Assembly (NCBI RefSeq): GCF_000315625.1
Contig: NW_005434665.1
Span: 940,090 to 1,003,647 of the forward strand
From: Guillardia theta CCMP2712
Taxonomy: Eukaryota; Protista; Cryptophyta
DNA length: 63,558 bases
Reading direction: 5' to 3'
This document shows, one piece after another, positions 37,451 through 51,978 of the stretch. Every line of letters begins with the position of its first letter. The stretch's first letter is position 1. Under the pieces are notes generated by a model that worked only from the letters and a program-made list of their open reading frames with translations, was not told the DNA's origin and made no database searches. The position numbers and the translations under genes were made by a program.

Positions 37451-38310
37451 NNNNNNNNNNNNNNNNNNNNNNNNNNNNNNNNNNNNNNNNNNNNNNNNNN
37501 NNNNNNNNNNNNNNNNNNNNNNNNNNNNNNNNNNNNNNNNNNNNNNNNNNNNNNNNNNNNNNNNNNNNNNNNNNNNNNNNNNNNNNNNNNNNNNNNNNNN
37601 NNNNNNNNNNNNNNNNNNNNNNNNNNNNNNNNNNNNNNNNNNNNNNNNNNNNNNNNNNNNNNNNNNNNNNNNNNNNNNNNNNNNNNNNNNNNNNNNNNNN
37701 NNNNNNNNNNNNNNNNNNNNNNNNNNNNNNNNNNNNNNNNNNNNNNNNNNNNNNNNNNNNNNNNNNNNNNNNNNNNNNNNNNNNNNNNNNNNNNNNNNNN
37801 NNNNNNNNNNNNNNNNNNNNNNNNNNNNNNNNNNNNNNNNNNNNNNNNNNNNNNNNNNNNNNNNNNNNNNNNNNNNNNNNNNNNNNNNNNNNNNNNNNNN
37901 NNNNNNNNNNNNNNNNNNNNNNNNNNNNNNNNNNNNNNNNNNNNNNNNNNNNNNNNNNNNNNNNNNNNNNNNNNNNNNNNNNNNNNNNNNNNNNNNNNNN
38001 NNNNNNNNNNNNNNNNNNNNNNNNNNNNNNNNNNNNNNNNNNNNNNNNNNNNNNNNNNNNNNNNNNNNNNNNNNNNNNNNNNNNNNNNNNNNNNNNNNNN
38101 NNNNNNNNNNNNNNNNNNNNNNNNNNNNNNNNNNNNNNNNNNNNNNNNNNNNNNNNNNNNNNNNNNNNNNNNNNNNNNNNNNNNNNNNNNNNNNNNNNNN
38201 NNNNNNNNNNNNNNNNNNNNNNNNNNNNNNNNNNNNNNNNNNNNNNNNNNNNNNNNNNNNNNNNNNNNNNNNNNNNNNNNNNNNNNNNNNNNNNNNNNNN
38301 NNNNNNNNNN
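37451..38310. other. Assembly gap
   Basis: Run of N. Confidence 1.
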
Positions 38311-41300
38311 AGCCCGAAAAGAACCAGCACTGTTGGCACCCAGACGCGGCACCGCCAGCCCAAGCGCGAAGCCGCGCAGACAAGCAGCCTAAGGGTCAAG
38401 CAATCAAGCAACAAGCAGCAGGAGCATGCAGGAGGAATAAAATCCCTTAGACGCGATACCCGGAGGCAGCCGACTGACCACTGTCAGTCGAGACGTCCGC
38501 TGCCGCCACAAAGCGGGCGGCCGCGGACGGAGAAAGGGCAGCCGCCGACAAGGAGCCGGCGTTGCCCGGGGGTCCGCCTGGGGCAGCGGACGGAGGGAGG
38601 CTGGACACAGGAACACGGTACCGCTCGAGGTAGGCTCGAGGTAGTCCTCCTCGCTAGCCTCCGAATCAGTGGTAGCCGAGTCAGTGGTAGCCGCCCGTGA
38701 CGGCGGCGACGCCGTTCAGCTTGTTCCTGCTTTGTTTTGCTTGAGGCACTTTTTACCTTCTGCCAGTAAATCCTATAGCAGCCGCAGCAATGCCCAAGGA
38801 CCGGCGTGACCCGACCGATGCCGGGGAGGAAGCAGGCGAGCTCGGACCAGCAGCAAGCACCCCAGTGGTGTCGAGCTCTCCGGAGGCACCCGACGTCACA
38901 GTGAGGGACGGAGACGCCTCGCCAGCTCCGCGCCGATCGTCGGGGCCACTCGAAGGGTGTCCCCCATCGGAGTCGGAGACCTCCGGCGAAGGGCTCCTCC
39001 TCGGGCGACTCGACAAAGTCTGAGGAGGAGCTGTCCTCTGGCTCGAGAAGTGCTTGCGCCCGCAAGGGCGTCATGCGCCTCGCACCAGACAAGAGCGCTT
39101 CCAGCGTCAGCTGCATGGTGAGGCGCTGATAGGTGGCGGCGCGTTTGCGAGCCAAGACCTCAGCAGCAGGTCCGTCATCAGGCACGAAGTGCCGACCAAA
39201 CGCCGCATCCTCAAGAGGCATTGAGCGCTGAGCAATGATGTCCGCGAGATACCAGATGAAGCGGAGGGTGTCAGGATGCAGGGTACCGTCCGTCGAGATG
39301 GCAAGAGGGATGAACGCTCGAGGAGGAGTAGTCATGGCATATGCAGCGCGATGTTTGCGAATCTTCTCAGACGCTGCAACATGGAGGGCGTCGAGGTTGA
39401 CCTCCCCCCACTTGGTCAGGTCGGCAGAGCTACCAATGTAAGGGGACCAACGTCACGTCCGCCATCAAGCCCTCGTACTGCTCGGACCCTCGATCGCGGA
39501 TTCCAGGAATGTGGATATCGCCCTTCATCTTGCGGCCATGATGATGGGAGGGTACCTGCCGTCGAGATCCCCCACTGTATCGATGACGCTCTGAAGACCA
39601 GCTTCGTTCAGCATCGACCGAATCGTACGAGTAAGGTTGTCATGCGCCGTGGGAAGCTTGGAGGATCGGCGTTTGCAGGTCTGGAGCCTGTGATGTGCAG
39701 CAACGGAGGGATCGAGCGCGCGCTGACATCCATCCGAGACATTCCGTCGGACACTGGCAGATCGGCATGCCATGGAGATAGCAGTCGAGCATCTGAGCAT
39801 AGCGGTGCGGGAAGGCCTTGAGGGGGTAGTAGCTCGAGACTCGCATCGGAGAGTGGCTCAGGTCACGCTCAGGAAAATGAGCGAAGATGGTAGACTGCAA
39901 GACCCTATCCTGCGACTTGAGCGAGTGTGTCCTGCGGCTGTGCAAGGTGAGGATATCACGCTGCTGATCGGTCAGCGCAGCGCGAGCATGCACATGGCGA
40001 GGTCATAGGATTTACTGGCAGAAGGTAAAAAGTGCCTCAAGCAAAACAAAGCATGAACAAGCTGAACCGGCAGGCACACAGTCCACAGCGAGAAGCTGCA
40101 CAATCACACACAAAACACAAGCCCGAAAAGAACCAGCAGGGAAGACGCGCATGACAAGAGGGGTCACATTTCGCTGCGCAGGCGGAGGAATGAAGTGCTC
40201 ATGAGACGAGTCGACGAGAGCGCGCAAACCAGGGATGTGTACCACAGATGCCGGGGGGCGTCCTGCGTCATCAGGCACAGCAGCCGGGGCAGGTGGGATC
40301 GCCGCGCCATCTGCAGCCGGTGCAGGAGCCCTCACACGACGGTAGAGGATCGCTCCAGCATTATGAACGAAGTCGTGCGCCTCAACGAAGAAGGTCGCCA
40401 GAGGATGCTTCTGGGCACGGAGAGATCTCGAGCAGTGAACGTCCATTAGTCCAGGCTATGAGGAGAGGGCAGCGTCCGGGACATCGGCTGGGCAGAGTAC
40501 CAAGCGAGGAAGCGAGCGATAGCCGTATAGTAAACAGCGGGGTGTAGACCCTCAGAGGGCGTGAACTCGTCCCCTCCCCGACTATGCGGAAGCTCCCGCT
40601 TGAACCTCGCAAACTCGAGCAGGTCGGGATGCGCGGCGAGGTACTGCGAGGAAGGCCAGCGGTGGTATTTCTCAAGCGCCCTCTCGAGGTTGAATCTCTA
40701 GCTTCAGATCAGCCAACATGTACTTCTTCATAGCGGACGTAGCTGCAACGGCATCTTCGAGTGGACCGACAAGCACGACGTTGTCAGCATAGGCCAAGAC
40801 TCGAACAGAGGGAAAAAGCTCTGTGATATGGAGGAGCACTGGGGGGTGGATACTGTGGCAGAAAAATACGCTGGAGGGGACATCGCCCTGACAGACGCCC
40901 GAGGTACACTGAACGGAGGCTGACTGACTTTTGTGAAAGAGTCGAAGGTCAGCAGAGTCTCCATAGTAGCTGGAGAGGTAGGAGGCGAACAAACGGAGAT
41001 GCTCGCAAGAGGGCAAGCGAGCGCCTTCAGTGATGCTCCCATCAAAGTAGTCGCGACTCGCACGTCCCTCGATTGCATCGAAGAGAGCCTGGCGGTCGAG
41101 GGAGTTGAAGGCGTTCTTTGCATCCAAACTCACCAGCACTGTGGGGTTGGCAACATCCTCATCATCACCGCGAGCGTGAACCGGGGCAGGAGCGCTGACG
41201 CGGTTTGCGAGAACTTCAGACAGCCGTCTCGATCGAGTCCGAACTGAATCGCTCGAGGGTGAGACTCTAGAGGAAGTGCTGGTCAAGAAATGAGCGAATC

Positions 41301-41990
41301 GCTGCCAAAGCAAGCTTCGTCGCGAGTCGACGGCCCGCAGTGTGCAGAACCGATGACAATTGGCCGGAGGCCAGGTTTATCAGCTCCCTTGGAGAGGGGA
41401 ATAAATCTGCCTCCTCGACGAATGGCTGACAGGGCAGGAATAAGAAGATCCGGCATTTGGCCAAGAAGGACCCCTTGGAGGATATGTTTGCAGTAGAGCT
41501 TCAAAGCTGCAGGATGACTAGAAAGGGGTGACAGGTGTTGCCGAATCCTCCACCCTTGGTGTCAGTCAAATCCACCTGCAGTACTGCAAGCGCTTGCTGG
41601 GTGAGATGAGCCGCGGAAGCACTTCCAAAGGCAGGCGACGCACCATCAGGGAACTTCTCTTGTGCTTCAGCAAGAAGATCAGCAAAAGATTCAGCCCTGT
41701 AGATGCCGGAGCTCAGTAGTGTCCGTACCGCCCGATGAAGGTCACCCGCAGTGAACTGATGAATCGCCAACTGTCTTTGGCGCTCGCTCGCAGAGGTGAG
41801 GGACAGCGTAGGTCGCGGCGGAGGAGCAGGCTCAGACTCCTGAGACGATTGGCCGGACTGCCGCTGCTCCCTCGGCCCGCGCGGTTGTGGTCGCTGCTGT
41901 GGTGGTTGCTGGTGCTGCTGCTGCTGGTGCTGGTGCTGCTGCTGCTGCTGCTGCTGACGCGGACGCTGCTGCTGACGCTGGCGTTGCTGC

Positions 41991-42022
<32 letters not shown>

Positions 42023-42125
42023 ACGCGGGTGCTGCGGCTGCGGCTGCTGCTGCTGCGGTTGCTGGTGGTGGCGGTGGTGTTGCGGCTGCGGCTGCGGCTG
42101 CGGCTGCGGCTGCGGCTGCGGCGGC
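38311..42125 (-). mobile_element. Longest copy (polyQ region, RT, internal deletion, knuckle, RLE, tail, 3'UTR), frameshifted
   Basis: ORFs 41501-42268, 41283-41504, 40672-41313, 40012-40446, 39640-39993 and 38484-39335. About 360 bp present in the + copy is missing at the ~40680 junction. Confidence 0.85.
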
Positions 42126-44362
42126 TGATGACGGTTTCCCCCATCGGAGTCGGAGACCTCCGGCGAAGACTCCTCCTCGGGCGACTCGACAAAGTCCGAG
42201 GAGGAGCTGTCCTCTGGCTCGAGAAGTGCTTGCGCCCGCAAGGGCGTCATGCGCCTCGCACCAGACAAGAGCCTCCAGCGTCAGCTGCATAGTGAGGCCG
42301 CCGCTGATAGGTGGCGGCGCGTTTGCGAGCCAAGACCTCAGCAGCAGGCACGCCAGTAAATCCGTCCCTTCCATTGGTAGCTCTGCCGACCTGACCAACT
42401 TGCAAGTGGGGGGAGGTCAACCTCGACGCCCTCCATGTTGCAGCGTCTGAGAAGATTCGCAAACATCGCGCTGCATATGCCATGACTACTCCTCCTCGAG
42501 CGTTCATCCCTCTTGCCATCTCGACGGACGGTACCCTGCATCCTGACACCCTCCGCTTCATCTGGTATCTCGCGGACATCATTGCTCAGCGCTCGATGCC
42601 TCTTGAGGATGCGGCGTTTGGTCGGCACTTCGTGCCTGATGATGAGGTCTTGGCTCGCAAACGCGCCGCCACCTATCAGCGCCTCACCATCCACCTGACG
42701 CTGGAGGCGCTCTTGTCTGGTGCGAGGCGCATGACGCCCTTGCGGGCGCAAGCACTTCTCGAGCCAGAGGACAGCTCCTCCTCGGACTTTGTCACGCGTC
42801 GAGTCGCCCGAGGAGGAGTCTTCGCCGGACTGAGGTCAGGCTCCGACTCACTGTGACGTCGGATGCCTCCCGGCGGAGAGCTCAGATGGTGAGTCGACAC
42901 CACTGGGGTGCTTGCTGCTGGTCCGAGCTCGCCTGCTTCCTCCCTGGCATCGGTCGGGTCCCGCCGGGCCCGGGTCCTTGGGCATCAAGTTGCTGCGCCG
43001 TCGCCGCCGTCACGGGCCCGCCGCGGAGGCTAGCGAGGAGGACTACCTCGAGCGGTACCGTGTTCCTGTGTCCAGCCTCCCTCCGTCCGCTGCCCCAGGC
43101 GGACCCCCGGGCAACGCCGGCTCCTTGTCGGCGGCTGCCCTTTCTCCGTCCGCGGCCGCCGGCCGCAAGCCTTTTGTGGCGGCAGCGGACGTCTCGACTG
43201 ACAGTGGTCAGTCGGCTGCCTCCGGGATCACGGATTTACTGGCAGAAGGTAAAAAGTGCCTCAAGCAAACAAAGCAGGAACAAGCTAAACCTCCTGGCAC
43301 ACAGCGCACAGCGAGCCTGAAGCTGCACAAGCACACACAAAACACAAGCCCAAAAAGAACCAGCACTGCGGCTGGCAAGCGCGAAGCCGCGCAGACAAGC
43401 AGCCGAAGGGTCAAGCAATCAAGCCTGGCAACAAGCAGCAGGAGCATGCAGGAGGAATAAAATCCCTTAGACCGTGCGCTGACTCGGAGGCTAGTGACCA
43501 ACAATGGATTTACTGGCTAGTGAGGAGGACTGGATGCGTCACCTCGACTCGGCGGCGGTACCGGCGTGCTCCTGTGCCCAGCCTCCCTCTGTCCGGCTGC
43601 TCTTTCTTCGCCGAGTCCGCGGCCGCCAACAAAGCTGGCGGCCGCGGACGTCTCGACTGACAGTGGTCAGTCGGATGCCGCTCCGGGTACGTCCCCTCCT
43701 GCTCAGCGGCTTGTTACCCCTCCTCGCGACTGTTGCTTGGCCCTCCCTGCTGACAGTTGCCAGCAGTGCTGGTTCTTTTCGGGCTTGTGTTTTGTGTGTG
43801 TTTGTGCAGCTTCTCGCTGTGCGCTGTGTGCCTGGAGGTTTAGCTTGTTCCTGCCGCAGTGCTTTGTTCTGCTTGAGGCACTTTTTACCTTCTGCGAGTA
43901 AAACTTCACATCTTGTGACTACATATACCGGGGGGCGTCCTGCGTCATCAGGCACAGCACTGCCGCAGCCGGGTCAGGTGGGATCCCCGCGCCATCTCAG
44001 CGGCAGCCGGTGCAGGAGCCCTCACGCGACGGTAGAGAATCGCTCCACTGAGCATTAGGGGGCTTATGGGTTGACCTAACCTTGACCTTGACCTTCAAGG
44101 CTTGGTGCTGGTTTATGGCCGGTCTGAATAGAACAAAGTCATGCGCCTCAACGAAGAACTCGCGCAAACTCTCAGCAGGTCGGGGTTGCACGGCGGCGGT
44201 ATGCCATGACTACTCCTCCTCGAGCTTTCACCGGAGCCTCGCCGGGAGCCTCAGTCACCGGGTCTCGGACTCCGGCGGGCCGCCGACGCGCCGGCGCGGC
44301 CGGTGGGCACGGTACTGAGACGTCCTTCGCAGTGGTGACCCCAGACAAATCGCAAAAAGAAA

Positions 44363-44435
44363 TACCTCCGCACGGACTCGAACCGTGAATCTCCTGCTCC
44401 GTAGGCAGGCGCCTTGTCCATTGGGCCACGGGGGC
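44363..44435 (-). tRNA. tRNA-Arg (ACG)
   Basis: Reverse complement GCCCCCG TGGCCCAATGGACAAGGCG CCTGC CT ACG GA GCAGG AGATT CACGG TTCGAGT CCGTG CGGAGGT A. Perfect anticodon and T stems, one C-A mismatch in the acceptor stem, followed by a TTTCTTTTT Pol III terminator. Confidence 0.93.
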
Positions 44436-44791
44436 TTGCTGGTAGTACTCACCTGATTTTTATATTCCGTATGATCGTAGGAGGGGTGGGGGTACCACAG
44501 AAAGTAATAGCAAACCAAAAGGGGGTGGTAATTACCCCCATGTAACTAGACTCCCCAGCAAGGAAAACGTGGGGTAGTACGTACAGCATGTAGGGTAGAA
44601 GGGTGGGTAGTGGTGGATTTATTCGATCCCCTCAAAAAAAAAATGGATAGGGAGGGAGCCAGAAGGATGAAGAGGAAGAGCAGTATGTAGTCAGACAAGC
44701 ATGCAGTGAGGTCCAGGAGATCAAAAGAACGGAGTGAAAGAGAGATACTCGATGTAAGGTTTCGACTGTTCCCTGCAGTGCTGCACACTTG

Positions 44792-46207
44792 TCAATCGGT
44801 GGAGATGTAAGAATTTATCTGAACCTCTGCGAACTTTGTAGCACATTTGTACACAACTCTCCCCACATATGCTGCCTTGTCTGCCAGTTTTCTGCTTCAG
44901 CATGCATTTTAGGTGAAGCATGGATTACCTTTCGTCATCCATTTGTTGAATTTTTGATTCATGCTGCAGCGCGTTAGTCTCAACATTCTTCAAGTGACTC
45001 AATTTGGCGGCACCTCTTTGGCATGATGTAGTAGTTGTATGGGTGGTCATGGCCGCCAAGGCTTCTGGGGATGATGTGATCGATGTCACAGTCCTGGAAG
45101 CTGTCTACGGGACAGAGGTGAGGATGCGAGAGAAGCCAAGACCTGACCTGCAAGGGGTGAGGCACCGTCAGTGAGGCATAAGCAATGGAGGAGCTTGGGA
45201 AGGAGCACCTGTCTTGTGCTCGTGCAACTATTTCCAGCATACAGCACCAAGTCGTGAATGTAACCGCAGTAGAATCTCTCTGGCTTGTTCCCTCGTGCGC
45301 CTGAAGAACTTGTACTGTTGTGACCTTTTTCACTGGTAGCTGGGATATCCGCAGATATCAATTCCACTTCTTCATCCTCACTACTCGATTCACTCGAGCA
45401 TTGTGCGGCAAAGTTTGCCGAATATTGCACTATGGGCTCTCCCATGTCGTTAGTCTTCGGACTTGAGCTTAGCTGATGGATGTCGGAGAGTCTTGCCTTG
45501 CATGGATAGTCCCGAGCGAGATGCTGCAAGGTCTCCAAAGGTTGTTGCTCTACTGCTGGGGACATGAAGACCTTTTCGTCTATCCATTCTCTTTTCTTTG
45601 CCGACCGCTTATCCGGCTCATCCACTTCCTCCACAAGTTTTGCTTCGTCTGCTGCCTTAGACTGAGTGTCTTTGCAATAACGAGGGAGTTTTGAGCTTAA
45701 TCCGCCTCCCGTGAGTCTCATGCACCCAGGGCTTGCATGTCTTTCCGGATCAATGCGAGGATGGGTAGTTGTAAAAACAGCCTGTGCGTTCTTGTTCTGT
45801 TGAGATGCAACATTCTTGAAAGCAACGCGTTTGTGCTCTGATTCTTGGAGAGCTTTCAACTTCCGTTCAATATTAGGGAGGAGCTCCCAATTTAAATGCT
45901 CCACATTGTCATTCTGACATTTTCTTACTTCTTCAAGATCCGGAGCAATCAAGCAGTTCTGAACATGCTCTCCTGGGATGGCACCCATCAGCATCAAGAT
46001 TCTGTCCCTGACAGATTGCATATTCCGATACCGATCTTTCAGGTCCACATTACTTCGATTGTCAAGAACAGTACCTGCCTTATCTTTGATCTTCTTCCAT
46101 TTGCCGGCACCGAACTGAAGAATACCCTGTCGAAGAGCCTCATTCTCTCTTTCCGTCCATTTTCTGTTCTTTGTTTTGTTCGAATGCCGTTGCTGATCAT
46201 TTTGCAT
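44792..46207 (-). CDS. TRF-like (telobox) Myb domain fused to a C-terminal HNH endonuclease domain
   Basis: KWTERENEALRQGILQFGAGKWKKI..NRSNVDLKDRYRNM. GT-AG introns 45148-45208, 44964-45013 and 44881-44928 join it in frame to DIDHIIPRSLGGHDHPYNYYIMPKSMNQKFNKWMTKDKAAYVG. The true start may lie upstream. Confidence 0.8.
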
Positions 46208-46355
46208 CTTTCGGTCACAAATACCGAGAAATGTTGTTGTTTCTCCCGTCCAATGTTTTGCTTCAGAACATCCTACCTTCTAATCACTCTTTCTCCGATC
46301 TTCCCTATTGCCTTCTCGCTTTGTGGTTATCCCTCCCTCTCCCTTTCGTGATCGC

Positions 46356-46553
<198 letters not shown>

Positions 46554-46712
46554 AACGGTTTCCTCCACATCTACCCCCCTAGTTTCCCGCGATTGTAGGG
46601 GTACGCAAACGAACGTTCAAGTTTTCAAAGTTTCATCCATTGATATATTCCAAACTTTCACCTTGAGTTGCTTCGCGTTTCCAAGTTTCAAACTTTCGTC
46701 CTTATATCAATC

Positions 46713-50994
<4,282 letters not shown>

Positions 50995-51162
50995 AGCTGT
51001 CTCAGATACAAGAGTCAAGCTGTCCCAGATACTTCAGATACAAGAGTAAAGCTGTCTTAGATACAAGAGTCAAGCTGTTTTAGATACTTCAGATACAAGA
51101 ATAAAGCCGCTTTTGATACAAGACAACACTGAGCATCTAGACAGACTCAACGACCTGACAGC

Positions 51163-51945
51163 TCAAAGCAAGCACTCTCTCTCTCCCCCACCCTCCCCCT
51201 CTGGCTTCTCTTCTTTTGTACTTCCAAAGTTTGACCTTCTCGTTCTGTTTCTCGCGGTGGTGAACAGCGTGGCTGTGACCATGCCCCTCGCTGTGTCTGG
51301 CAGTGGCTCCGACTTGCCGGGCGACAAGGCTGCCGTCGCCTCCACCTCCCAGGTGTGTGCGGTCACAGCCGGCTTGTGCACTGAAGGAGATTCAGAAGAG
51401 GAGGCGGGAGAGCAGCAGACCTTGTCGCGAGAGAGCCCGGCTACTCCTGAGGGGTGGAGGCGCTTGAGACTCGCCGGCGTCTAAACGAGATCCCGCAGAC
51501 TGTCAAGGCACCATCAGCTGACTCCAGCAAGTATAAAAGCAGGAGAGGTGAAAGAGGAGCAAGAGCAGAGAGGAGCGTACAGGAGCCTTGAACTTAGACG
51601 AGTTTCGTTGCTCGTAGGATATCATGTCGTCAGACTTGAAGTGCACGATCCTCCCTCGCTCATCGGGCAACGCCGTGTCAAAGATAGCTTGGCTGCTCAT
51701 ATGCTTCCCGATGGCCTTCCCGTGTCGTATCGCGTCGACTTGTTCGCGGGTGCTGCGTTGGTGACTCCCAGCTCCGATCGCCATCTCCTCCAGCTCCTCC
51801 CGCTTCAGATTCCCGTGCCGTCGCCTCGCCTGCTCCACCGTCTCCTTCTGCTTCTGGACCATCCAGTCCCTCCCGCTCGCCCCGGCTCTCTTGGACGTGA
51901 CGTAGCCCAGGCTGCCCACCTGCCCCATGTCAGACGCTCTGACTC

Positions 51946-51978
<33 letters not shown>

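Larger units (their letters stand above)
34140..44235. mobile_element. Nested, rearranged island of one CRE-clade-like non-LTR retrotransposon (RT + zinc knuckle + restriction-like endonuclease)
   Basis: RT motifs GRFIPLSKG..PGLRPIVIG, SLDAKNAFNSLDR, GVCQGDVPSSVFF, AYADNV, LGGLPIG. Knuckle CDGC..AAHHLQTC and AHDNL. RLE KGDIHIP..MADVTLVHP..ASEKIRKH..FIPLAISTDG. Many copies in both orientations share the 3' terminus GCCAGTAAATCC(TAT). Confidence 0.9.

Noticed and set aside
36861-38700. Long ORFs spanning the gap
   Set aside because: Artefacts of translating N runs.
38311-38700. Independent extra copy matching ~36500-36900
   Set aside because: Near-identical sequence flanking a gap may be partly an assembly duplication, so it was not counted as separate evidence.
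44980-45333. Stand-alone HNH homing endonuclease
   Set aside because: The motif is interrupted by spliceosomal introns and splices in frame to the upstream Myb exon.
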